Shown here piece after piece: positions 25,547-38,539 of a DNA stretch of 64,000 bases. The number at the start of each line of letters is the position of its first letter. Position 1 is the first letter of the stretch. Below the pieces are notes generated by a model, which was not told the origin of the DNA, did not search any database, and was given only the letters and a program-made list of their open reading frames with translations. Origin of the DNA: Glaucostegus cemiculus (lineage: Eukaryota); assembly GCA_976551045.1 (NCBI GenBank), contig CDPCPM010000213.1:5580001-5644000 (forward strand), written 5' to 3'. The translations under genes were made by a program, and so were the position numbers.

Positions 25547-26223
25547 CTTGGAAGGAAATTGGAAACACTAAACCTTAGGTCCATCACGGCTTTGACTGAC
25601 GACCACCCCTCCTTTACTTCCCCCGTCCCAACAGGTTGAATCAAACTACCTTGAAATGGTGATTCCCCATAAATAAAAGCCAGCGCAACTATGCGAAATT
25701 TTATAGGGAGAAAAGTAACGTTTAAATCAGTTAAATACTGGACGCGTTGCAGGAGCTCGATTATAGACCACACTCCGATATGGCTTACTACACAAATATA
25801 CACAAAAGGGTCACATTTCAAAATTCTTCACGCCACTAACAGTTTGCTCGAGAGCAATGCAACAATCCACCGCAATCGGTCAGGTAATTTAATTTGCCAG
25901 TTTCCCCCCAACAAAGTGGACCTCTCGGCAAACAATAGATTATTTCGCCGTAGCGCCAGTCAATTGGCAGGAGACGGAATTGTGCACGAACAAACTGCTG
26001 ATTTTTTTTCAGCATTAAATTTGCCTAATTGCGCGTGTCTATTTAAGGAACGCAATTAAAGTCCTTTTTTTATGAATATACAAATAATGTCATCATAGAG
26101 GCCTCTCAAATCCCGGCATCGCGACTCTAAAAAGGGAGCTGACTCAGTAGTAGAATGGCGATGGAAGTCACAGTGTAAACCGATGTATATTACAACGGGG
26201 ACTGGTGTCCGAACGGCTCTTAC

Positions 26224-26524
26224 CTGTGTCCTCTAACCTGGTGTGACCCAAAGTGCTGCTGTTCTGGTATGGCATATACGGGTTAGGTGCATGATTGCTA
26301 ACTGGGCTTGGGTACGGGTAACCCAGCGATCTGCCATAGGAAGAGGCGCCTGAGTAGGAACCATCGTGCTGAGAATGTCCGCTCGAGTGCAAGCCGTGCA
26401 CCGGATAGTGTCCATGGGACATGCCAGGGGATGACTGCTGAGCTGGATGTCCAAACTCCAGAAAGGCCGACTTGGATGAGTCTGGTGCTAACAGACCGTC
26501 AGCCATCGCGGTCATAGTCATCAT
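26224..26524 (-). CDS. dlx4: Dlx4 homeobox gene, coding exon 1
   Basis: Translates as MMTMTAMADGLLAPDSSKSAFLEFGH...TRLEDT, with the Dlx1/4/6 SKSAF motif. Donor CAG|GTAAGA (plus-strand cttac at 26219-26223), phase 1. Confidence 0.93.
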
Positions 26525-26744
26525 TAACGAGGAAGTGCACGGGACTGACTAGGAATTACCAGCCTGCAGGAAATTGACATGGAATTGACGCGCAACATGA
26601 AACTGACACAGAGGCCGAATCGCCAACCAAATCCAAGCGTCTTCTCCTCAATTTTCCAAGTAGAGGTGATTTCCCCACTTGTACGCTGAGTAAAAAAAGA
26701 GGGTTAAGTTGAGAGAATTCCCCGTGAAATTCAGGAAAACTTCT

Positions 26745-26880
26745 GGATTTGCATGGCTGCTTCATGCATATGGATCTGATATGCAAACGTATCCAATTGG
26801 CTGTCTTCTGCCTTGTGATTGGACGAAGGGCGTATTACATCACTTGCCCGGCGGCGATCCTAATTAACTTTAATTAGAAT
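26745..26880 (-). promoter_or_regulatory. Putative Dlx4 proximal promoter
   Basis: Two minus-strand CCAAT boxes (ATTGG at 26796-26800 and 26818-26822), an octamer ATTTGCAT at 26747-26754, and paired TAATTA sites at 26861-26876, in CpG-rich DNA 220-350 nt upstream of the ATG. Confidence 0.55.
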
Positions 26881-29800
26881 CAGTTAATGAAAGCTGCATT
26901 TCCATCAGCGAACAACCCATCCGAAATAATCAGCAGACAATTTCATAAACACGTTTTAACATGCTATGAAACTGTTTTATACGTACAACGATGGCGTGTC
27001 CCGAAAAACTAGTAAACAAATATTAAATGAATATAAGAACTGTAGCAATCATCCGAACGCAGCTCTGCAACCGCAAGTGGACGTCCTTCTTTTTCTTAAA
27101 AAAAGAAAAGGATAGTAAACGATTAAAAATACGTCTACAGGAGGAACACTGAGTGGCCGCTTTAGCGACCTCTCGTGTGTTTAAAATACCGCCTGGGTTC
27201 GATCGACAACACTCTGGAGACAAAAGTTCACTCAGCACTGTTTATAATGGAATCTAAAATGGCTACATAGAAACTGCACGCGTTATATAACGCAATATTC
27301 AGAACAAGAGGCTTTAACATTGTATTTCGTTCGGCCAGAGTTGTATCTGTCACTCCATATTGTTTAAACTGGGGACTGGATTTCATACAATAAACAAACT
27401 AACAGGCGCAAAGAACGTCGTATTTTTAAAGTGTGATTTGGGACATTTACCTTCTACTTTATCCCTTAATTATACCTGGTCTCTTCCGCTATCTGCTAAT
27501 CAATGCGGCGATTTAAATGACATTCTCATGTGATACCCACTTCAACTATAAATGTCTTTAGTCCTGTCACAAACGGCGAGTTGTCTGGCGCTGTCACTGC
27601 TGTCTTTCGAGTTTGGTGTGGGAAATCTCAATGGCTCGGTGCATCAGGTATTTGTCACGTTAGGAAGACGCTTGTATTGATCATTTTACTGAACATTAAC
27701 TGAATCTTGAATGGATTGGTACCAGGAATTGTTAAAGTCAAGGTCATTTACTAATTTCTGTGCATTTTTTTTCTCTCGCTGTTTGTAATGTTCATACCGC
27801 GTTGGGCGTGTCATTAAATTACCGAATGATTCGCGAATCTGTACTAAGAGGAAAGGCTACTGAACAAAAAAAAACGTTCAATCTGATTATAACAGGCTGA
27901 TAATATTGTCAAGGTGACGGGGGTGGGGATTATACACAAATGAAAATGATATTTGCACAAAGGATGAACGAAATGTCAATGCGTTGTTTAAAAACATAAA
28001 GTACATTTTATTTTACATACACGCGTCAGTGAAAGATGATGGATAGGGGACGGTTGTGACAGCAGTGGGTGACGGCTGGGAATGAATGAAGGAACTACCT
28101 TGCCTCCGTACATCTAAGGAGGAGGTTCAAAGGTGTTGGGAAGCATGTGGAAAGCCTGAGATTTTCTTTGTTTTGCTCTGCATGTTAACCTTGGAGTGGA
28201 ACACGCGAGAAAGAAATCCGATCCGATCCTTTCTCTTGACAGTCTGGGAAATGTATAATATGAAATACTCAAACGATCTTTACAATTCATTAACAATACA
28301 AAAAGGCGGCAATTGCATTTATTTTTAACGTTTTTTTTAAATTTGCTTAAATCGCCAGTCTAAACACCAGTGAGACATCTAGTGATCCTCAAAAATTCTC
28401 AAAAATAAAATTACGTGATACTAAATCAAGTTGCAGCCTGACAATCACGGATACCGGGAGTATTCTTTATAATTTGCTGGCTGTGAAAGCTGGCATTGCC
28501 GATCTGAACACTTAACTCTTTCACTTTCTTGGCAGAGAATAAAACAGTCAAAGGCGATATAAGGGCTGTAACCACCTTCGCTTTTGCATTTTATTTTTTG
28601 TTGACCTGAGATTTTCCATCTCATAAACAGATTCAAACTATTGAGAAAGTATCACAAATGGAGCCTTCTGTTTTGCTTAACATTGGCAGATATTTTCTGG
28701 AATCTCAAAATACATTAAACGCGGAACAAGCGCACGCCCAGCAAGGACAGGTGAATAAACTCGAGTTTTAACGCGAAAACCGAAACCACCTTTTTTTTAC
28801 TCCTGTATTGAAGCCAGTTCTCTTATATCTCTACTTTATCGAGATTTTCAGCGCTGTTTTTTTTAAAATTGGTTTGTAAAATAAAAGAACGCTGCGGGAT
28901 GTAGTCAGTATTTAATAATTTTTGCCTTCCAGCGGTCCGTAATTATTTGTGCGCTGAGCAGTATGAATAACCCTCTCATTGTGAGGAGCTCGTTCCGTTC
29001 CGTACGTTTGTTTTCTCCTGCTGGGAAGATGATTTGCAGCCTTCCACAATGTAACAGGCCATTCAAAGCTCCGGAAAAGAAAGGGGTTTCATCCAGAAAA
29101 GAGAGGAGTGAGCTATTAAATAGTTAATTACATAACAGGTGCAGCTAGCTTACGAACATTGGGGACAATTTTCTCGATTTTGTTGCCTTTCAATTTTTAT
29201 CTAAAATATAAAGCACTCAGCTCAAGGCGAATTGGAAATCTGAAACATTGCTCATCTCAAATCTAAAGCCTAATGACTGGGAAGCACGCTTGAATAAGAG
29301 CACAGGATTATTAACATGAAGACTAGCGTTTAAAAAAAACACAGAATAAGCAGGATATAATGCAGGATATTTGCATTGATGGGGTGTGTTAACCAAAATA
29401 TAGCAATTAATGTGCATTCAGAAGCAACGCCAGCTTCCTGTTTACATAAGTGTACTCTGTTGACCATTCTCTGATTTGCAGTTTAGCGTTGTGCTGCTTG
29501 CTGACAATGAAAGCTCTCTTTGGACCATTTCTATGTTATATAAGCCACGTGTCACCTTTTTTAAATAGTTTTTTTGCAAAGGTTTTGTACGAGTCTGAGT
29601 TAAATGTTAACAAGCACTTTGCAGATATTACTACCCCATGCTTCATTTTGCACTCACCTCTGCAGATGTGTGCATTTAATCTGCGTTTATAGATATTTAA
29701 CCCCGGGATGCATATGTTTAATCTTGGTGTAAAGCGAACTGTTTGGCAGTTTAGTCGCTTAGATGCGTTAAACTGAACAACATCTGCCAAAGAAAGTCAC

Positions 29801-32800
29801 CATTCTCTCCGGCGTAATCTTATTATTGCTTCTCTGATATGAAAGGTGTATTTGGTTAAACTAAAACATAAATGCATATACCTGTTAATGTTTTCAATTT
29901 CCCCCGACCTTCATAAAACACATTTATATGATGCGAGGCATGTGGAATTGTGATTTCCACCGTGTTCATACCCGTATTTCATTTTGTACTGGGTGCCTGC
30001 CGCTGCTTGTGTTTTCATCTTTAGTAACTATCCACTGAGTCTTGTGTCGTGGATTGATACCGATCACAATTACTGTATCTCTCCTTGTGCCCAGATGTTG
30101 TTTGTGGTATGCGATGAAGAATAATGTCACTTTGCCAAATAACCGCTGCTCTGTTATGTAAACAAATCATCAGAAGGTTGTGAAAGTTAAGGCTTGAGAG
30201 TTGGGTGAGTTTGCAGGTATTGGAATTCTGGATAAGCGTTCAACATCGGTACAGTTTGATTCAAAACTCGTAATTTACTTTCCATTTTCGGCCAGAAATC
30301 ATTTCTACAAAATAAGTTAAACCATTGAGTATGGATTGCAAATCACCTCCTTGGCCAGTCCCTCTGCGTCGCAAATGACCTAAATCTCCGTTACATCATT
30401 CTTTAGAACTTCACTCCAAACTGAGCACTTCCTCTTGCTGAAGAAACTTTCGATGCCTATTCATGCAGAACAGTTATCACGTTCTTTGCATCGAGCATAT
30501 ATGGATTGAGATCAATAGATTAAACCAGCCAACACGGAATTGTCGCGTTATATAATGAATTTTGCGTTGTCCAAAGACCTAAACGCAGCAGCAAATACTA
30601 AGATTAAATACTTTCCTTAAGTGTTTCCTTTAAAACTTATTTAATTAATAACTATACAATTGAGAGGCAACAGTTGTGTTGATTCTAGATATACTTTTGA
30701 CACATTAAGAATACAATTTGCAAGATGTAAGCTTGATATAGCAATGCAGCTCAGTTTTGAACTGTTGAGAAATGATAACACTTCAGCAACATCATTATGC
30801 CACTTCGTCCTCAGCTTCAAAGTTCTAGGGATGAAATTTTTTTTTGGTGAACGTTTTCTTCATGGTCATTGAATAACCTGAAAGAGTCTGATTTGTGCTG
30901 TTCCTTGGTCCATATGCAATTTTATAGTCAGTATGTGAACGCACATTTTATTGTAAAACAGCGAACGACCGACACAGGAGATATAGAAATCAATTAACGA
31001 CAGTTTAGTAGGATGCAAAAAATGAATTATTTTATTAAGAACGAGACGATAAATTCAGTCTGTGAATAGAATGGAAGATAAACTTTGAGGTGAAAAGGCG
31101 TGGCGGATAAAATTAAGGTACACATAAAACGGCGACCATAAAGAAAGGTTCAAATGTACTTCATGAAAATTCCTATGGGACAAACAAACTTTAAGGATTT
31201 TTAATGATTTTTAAAGTTAATGTGCCCCAGTTAATTTAGTGATTTTGTTTTAAATAATTGGTATAAGTCTATTAGCATAAATATAAGAAATCGTAACCGC
31301 ACATCAATTGCATACCCGAGCTTGGCGTTATATTTAAATACATTATATGTGCAGTTGCTCCCCAACTTTATTTTTAGTTGTAACATTAAAATCAGACTTC
31401 TTACAGTGAAATTTCAATTGTTACTCCAAGCAGACTAGTTTTACCAAGTCTTCAAGATGTGCCAATTTAATTTTAACACACCCTAAAGTTATAGTCCTGC
31501 ACAAACACTCAACCAAATTAGGTAACGGCTCAAAATAACTTCATTGAAGTGCGAGACCTGCATGGATACACTAGGATTTCGCTGTAAATTTCTCCCCTCC
31601 CACCAAACATCGGTGTATGTATTAAATTTTAGCAAGTTGACATTGAAATCTAAAAGCAAAGATAGGTGGCATTGGTTCGTTATTGGAAGTTAAAGCATCA
31701 TATTTTTCTCTTGTTATTTTACAATTTTATTTTAGACTTTCTTAGATTCAGAAAACATACATTTAACATCCTGGATTAGCAAATCGTGCAGTGCAGGACG
31801 TAAATCATTTGGTGACAATTCAAAGTGGTTGTCATAACACGGAGAAGAACCGAGAAAAGGAAAGGTACCCTCTTTTAAAAGCTATAATTATGGATATAGG
31901 AAGAACAAAGGCGAGCCCTGGAGCAATGCATTGGAGGCTGAGGCTTCAGTGTGGAGTAATAGAAGGAGAGGAGCTCTAATAACTAGACATGGGAACGTCA
32001 GAGCAGACATTCAGGCGTCTCAACACCCCCACTGCACGATTTAGAAACGAATTAATACGTTTTAAAAACTAGACCAACTACCATGGTGTAAGATAGGCAT
32101 AAATAATAAATGCCCTATTTAGATCCACTAGAGGAACTGGACTATTTGATTGGATAGAGAGGTTTCCCTTAATTCACAAAACCAGATACTACTCTTTAAT
32201 CAAGATAAATATGGTTTATATTGCCGGAGTCAAGTTAAAGTGGGTAACCTTGGCTTAAGGAAAATTACGGAGTTTAACTATGATGACACGGTGAAATGCA
32301 AAGCAGCCGCTTTGTTCCAACTATAAGCCATTCTTCTCTTTTTGGCTTTGCTTATTGCACTCATTGGGTTGTGTGGGCTAATCTGGAGGGTTGCATTAAA
32401 CTCTAGGCTAAGTAGCCAAAACGCACTCATTTTTCACGTCCATCCCATAGATAAATACACACATTCCCCGCGAATCATTTCAATTGCCTTAAGTTTGATA
32501 ATGTGTAAATAATATTAATTTTTAGAGATATGGTCTGGAAAAAAACTTTGTCAATTAAATATTCGTTTCAACGCCTGCTTAGCTCTAATGCAAAGTACTT
32601 TGCCATTCTTACTAATCTAAAGTACTTCGTGCATTGATAAAACTTTATTGATATGCTGCGTTTTAAGATAAATTTTGCCTGTGTTAAGTTAAAACCGCAA
32701 TCATTCTATGGTTACTGCAGTTTTTGAAACATAATCTTTGCATTAACACATATGAGGAACTGATAATTAGTTTAAAAGGTGTGGTGGTCTCTCCCCCATC

Positions 32801-35800
32801 TCCCCCCCCCCCCCCATGACGACTCGGTGGTATCAACGTAATTTTTCTGAAACGCAGATCCTCCACTGTGAAGCAACTGGGGTGAGCTGGGAAGGTGGCT
32901 GTTTTAGTTCAGTGCAGAACTACGATTTAAAGCATTGGGGAATTTCCCCCAAGATAGCGGAAAATTGAAATTGGACTTTAATAAATCGAATGTAATTGTT
33001 TCGACCCATTAAATAAATATTTGCTGTAAATGAGAGAAAAAAAACAATTAGCACTTAATTTTTAAACTGGCGATTTATTGTCAACCTTCTACTGATATCG
33101 TTTTTGGGCACTGCATTTTATTAACTTTTTTTAAGATTACAGACTAGAATATGACCGTTCCAAAACAAATAGTGGCTGTTAGACCAGTCTTATTGTGGAC
33201 TTTTTTATGCGGGCGGGGGAGGACGGGTAGACATTCGCATTATTCGCCATTAATGCTATGGCTCCGATACTTCAGATTTCGCCAGTGTTACTCAGCAGTA
33301 ATTATCATTTTCTGATGGCATAGAAATGACTATAATCGTGACCTGATTGGTTTGAACTATTTATCAGCAATAGGCAAAGTGCAGCTGTGTTCCGCAGCGA
33401 TTAAAACATTTGAAAGGCTCTTCATATTCAATGGGCATTATCGTTCCCCATCGTGTGAGGCAGCTTTGGTTTTGCATTGGTTCGTAATTCATTCAGAAAG
33501 ACCCGTTCAAGGTCCACAGACAGGGTTTCGTTGCACCTCCACACAGTACCTATATTCAGGGAAACTCAAACAGCAGTTGAACTGTTTACCATATTGCACC
33601 GTGCTGCTGTGACACATCGAATTTTAAAATCTTAATTTGTATTTTTAATAACACCAAACACGAGCCGTAAACCAAAGACCACAAGCTTAGCAGATCATAT
33701 TATTATTTAATGTTTAATTTTCTACTTCAAATAATGGAGCGTTCACAATGGTTTTGTTAACCTTAACGTATTATTAACATTAATGTATTGTTCACCTCCT
33801 AATCAGCACTTTTGATCTGTAGTTTACAAATAACAGCCCATAAGCAAACATATAATCAAAACTGAGTTTGAATTCGTGCAAAAGAATCTAAATACGACAC
33901 AAACGTCCTCTTCTAATGCGCGCGTACTGGAGCTATTTGCAAATAAAAACATTCTTTTTGCTGTTAGGTTTGGAAAGTCAGTGTTGTTTCTATTACATTT
34001 GTGGTACTGGATAGTAGCCAACTATCACATAACCACTGGATGTGTTTAATCTTGCAGGTTTTGGAAAGCATTTGTGGAGAGTGACAACTGGAAGGGTACT
34101 AATCCTGCGGTTCTCGGGCCCGTGCGTCCGTCATTTTAGAACCACTTTGTTCCCGCCACCTATCTCCTGATGGGGCGAAATTGCTCTGTTGCCTTGGCTG
34201 CTGCCTTGGCGAATGACAGACGCTGAGAAGCAGAGCGATTCGGTCGAAATAACGGGGAATCCCTGAGAAACACAACCGTTTCTGTTCCCAATGCAACTTG
34301 GTTTCCCAGCCAACAATACAATTTAGCATTACTGCCATTGGAGGTTACTTTCAACTTTTGACGTGATTTCTTACACGAATATTTTTACCCCGAGTGCAAT
34401 CTGTTCACAAATACCTCGGGCAACCGAGTTTCTGATGATTTCACGGAAGTTTACGCTGAAAGAGGCCAATCAATTCATTGCTCATCGAAGGCGCCTCTTG
34501 TTGAGCACCTTCCTCGTTCGAAACCGTCAGTCGTTTTGACCCGATAATGATTTTTGAATCAAGATTTTTTAAAAAGAAAGTTACATCCAAAGTACATTTT
34601 TTATTGATGTTCGTTTTTAGGTAACGTTCATTTTACTGCTATTTTAAGGTTAGTTCAAATAACGATTCAAAATGGATTAAATGGGCTAAACGTTGAGAAA
34701 ATTGACTTAAATATAAGAGTACTTGGCTCATTGAGTCTTCACTTTGTAAAGTCAACATCTACTTTTGTTTCGCTGAAGATTTGTTTGTTTTAATTAAATT
34801 AATTAATGCAATTGTTCTTCAACCTGGATTATGTTTTCCTGCTTGGGAGTGGGGTTAACGCAAAAATTGCAAATAAGCACATCAAAATGTCTCTTCAAAA
34901 ACAGGGGAAAACCAAACATATGAGAGGCCATGTGGATAACAACATCCAGGGGGGAGAAGAGCTTTGATCAATATAATAAAGCACTATATCGGAGAAAAAG
35001 CGTCGAGAGCCAAAAGCGCAATTAAGGGTCAAAATGGGCACTCCTTTCAATGTTTTTTTGTCCTGCCATGCAACTCTGTGAATACAGGAAAAGCAAATGA
35101 CACACCACTTATGGGGGGAAGATCTGGATGTTCTGTGTATTTCATCTTGGATGAAATGAATGCTTTTCCATCGATATACGGTGTCGCGGGGTGGGGGTGG
35201 GAGCTGAATTTAATTCAAGGTTCCTGCCACTAAGAATCAAGCCAAATTCGCACGAAACTTAAATTTACTGTGTGAAATGTGGGATGATTGATGAGCAACG
35301 CTGCACCGCGGGCGTGCTTATTTTTGTAGTATAACGTTTGGGCCTCTATTAATAGTCAAAGGCACATCGGTCCATTTCAATGCAATGTTTCTGAAAATGG
35401 CATAATTAAACAGTGAGCCTTAGCTTTTCAGCACAGAACGGTGCAGATAATCTCCTCGTGATTTAATTCCACCTGCTCAAAATTCGAGTTTGTGGCCTTC
35501 TTGTTTTTGAATACAGGCGGTCTCCAGCACGATTATTCCCTGTTCTGTTGGAACCTAGAATAGGTAATAGGTTTCATGTGAATTACCGATTGGGGGTCAG
35601 CAGTCAATAAAAGTAGGAACTGGGATTTCTACCTTAATTTGCACATTCGGTTTTGGATAGTGAATGATCCTATCCCACTTTAGAATGACCCTACAATGCA
35701 CAAGCTATTCAATATACTACAAATGAAAATATGCTGATGCGGAAGTATATGATCAATGGTAACTTTTTGATAAAATTGTAGACAATATTAGAAAGAGATA

Positions 35801-38539
35801 GTACAGAGTAAATGTTTTAAGGTCACAATAATGAAAAGCACGACAACAAACAAAATAAGCTAATTCCTTTCTAGAAAATACTTAATAGTGGTTTGCTACC
35901 TTACACATCATTCATTATGCAATTAGTTTGGTGTATTTCAACTTCTGAAGTAAAAATGAGCTATCTCACCTATGTGGATAGTAATCAATGGAGATCTCTA
36001 TCTCTCTCCATTTGCTTTGGGTTGGTCTTGAAGTTATCTGGACATACATTTCCTGCAAATCAAGTAGGGCCTCTTCAAGTTGCTATTACATCCAATCTGG
36101 TAAGATCTTACATGTTCCTATGAACAATGTGTTCAGGACAGTGGGCAATAGAAAGACATTAGTTGCAAATAGAGACTCTGAGCCATTAAAGTAGGAGACT
36201 ACCATTCACAGCTATTTTTGCTTATGAGTTTCAACCACACTCTAGTCTTGATTCTAAACTATTTAATATACATTATTTCAATTATTAAATATTAACTAAA
36301 CCATAGAGAGTTATCATTTGAATCTGCAAATGAATTCTCCTTGTATCAATCCAGGCTTTATTGCAGATAATGGTTCAATTTAATTCATTTCCTTAATTAA
36401 TTCTCAGAATAAAAGAGGGTCCAAGAAAATGTTCACACAGAAGACTTAAGGATATTTTGGATATGACTGATAAATTATCAAATACTATTAGAAGTTCTGT
36501 TTTTCTGTGTTGAATATAGTTAACAGAAGACACAGTTTAGAGTCAGGAATATTAATAAGAGTGATATTCCATCAAGTATTTTGAAGATTTTTGTTAGTTA
36601 AATAAATGCTAATTTAAAATTGATTCAGTATTTCTACAGTAATGGATACATTTAGAATTGTACTTAAACAGGTTCTTGGGGATTTAAAGTCAGATGGGAT
36701 TGTAATAATTGGATAAGAATATATGCAACATAACTTAGGTAATACATAATTCGATACATGGAGAGTGACATATATATTGTGTTACAAGAGAGAAAAGTGA
36801 TTCAGCAATCAGATGACAAAAGCAGAAATCTGAAACTTAAGAACTTTATCATTTAAACCCTCAGACTAGCCTTAAGGTCACTTAAGGCAATTTCATTATC
36901 CTCTTAAAATATTAGACAATTTGTTAGTGATTTTGTTCAGCATTGAGTCCTTTTTGCTTCGTGGCTTTATGATAAGATTTGTGTTGACAATGACATAATC
37001 ATTACAAACCTATTGTGGAATTTGCATTTAATTACTGGGAAAATGGACAGCATGAATAAATGCATATTTGAATTAATACTCGTCTTTATTAAAAACGTAA
37101 GATGTTATTCACTGAAATCAAAAGATATGGTATCATCAGTTGACTCAATGACATTTAGATTTTTATTATATAGTTGTATTTGTGCCTTTCTTCAGTCAGG
37201 TTATGTTCTGATAGGAATGCGGTGATCTGCAACCACTGAACCAGGGTCAATTCACACACAATACATGAGCTGGAGTCATCCAGTGGAATGCCAAGTTGTG
37301 CTTCAAAAATGATCAGCAGTTCATTGAATGTCCTAATCACTATTTCAGCTGAAAGTGCTGTATGAATGTGGTTCCATGATCTTCTCCACAGCAGGTTTCT
37401 ACTCCTCTAAACATACCATCTCAAACAGAATTAGGAGAAAAAAAATGTGTTATTTGGTCAGAGTTTGTTTAAAGCAGATTTGGTGGCAGGGAATTTGAAC
37501 TCAAATGATGCCTGTGACAAAGATGCATGTGATAAAACATGTTTTTTTAAATCAGGGATTAAGAATCTGGCAAAAAGGATAGAGGCCATGCATAAAGCAG
37601 GAGTTAATTGATTCATAGTGAATCTTGATTGTGATTTAATAAATGACAACCTTTAGATAGAATTTCAATAACTTAGCAGGTTAAGCCTTATGCAAGGGAT
37701 TCTCTCATTTTTGGTGTGATATATTTTTACATCTTATACAACTGAGCCAATATCACGTGAATGAAAAATCATGGGACTTCTTTTTATGGTCTGTTTTTGA
37801 TCAGATAACAAACCTTAGAATTGTAAGTTAAGAATGAATGTAAAGAAAGAAGGCAGTACTATTTGTTGATTTTAATATAAAGCCTAGCGTCTAATAATGA
37901 GCAGTGGGAGAGATAGCAAATGTATTTCCGATTTTTTTTGTAGCATCACGCCAGTGATTGAGGACCCAGCTTCTCTGTAGGAGATCCTCTGTGCCTGTTT
38001 TGTATATTAGGATAACAAGCAAATACTTGGTAGTACCATCTGAGATATTTGGTGCATGTTGAAAATGAAACAGGTCAACTCCTAATGTTGATCCATCAAA
38101 CCATCATTTAAGCTAAGTGAGACAGAAATTCAATACAAACAAAATAAAAATCTGCAAGATTTTATTTTATAAACCATGCAAATTTGCTTCATTGCACACT
38201 AATACATCTATAACTTGTCCAGAGAAGCGCAACTAGAATTGTTTTGGTCATCATTTATCAGCCAGTTTTTGTTTTCTGATGGCTTCCTCCAAGTTCCTTC
38301 TGAAAGGCTATAGATTTGACTTTCAATATTTTTCTCCCCATCCTGTGAAATCATCATGACCATTCATCATCGTCAGGGCAGTCAGGAAGTAAAGCTCAAT
38401 TGAAAGGACATAGCTGCTTGTGCAATTCTATTTCTAATGAGGATGTTACAGAAGTTTCTAGTTTCTCCACTCCTCCCAAATATGAGTGATTAAAATTAAC
38501 TGCTTCTTCATATTTGCAACCGTGGGAACTTGGCATTGA

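Noticed and set aside
25297-25821. 174-aa ORF overlapping Dlx4 exon 2
   Set aside because: Alternative-frame shadow of the homeobox exon extended into intron, with no coding signature.
22125-26524. Calling the gene pair Dlx5-Dlx6
   Set aside because: The partner has Dlx3-diagnostic FQKAQ, LYKNGE and GAVY, and this gene has the Dlx4-type KRSKYKK.
29112-29123. MEF2-like site CTATTAAATAG
   Set aside because: It has a 5-nt AT core, which does not fit the 10-bp YTAWWWWTAR consensus.
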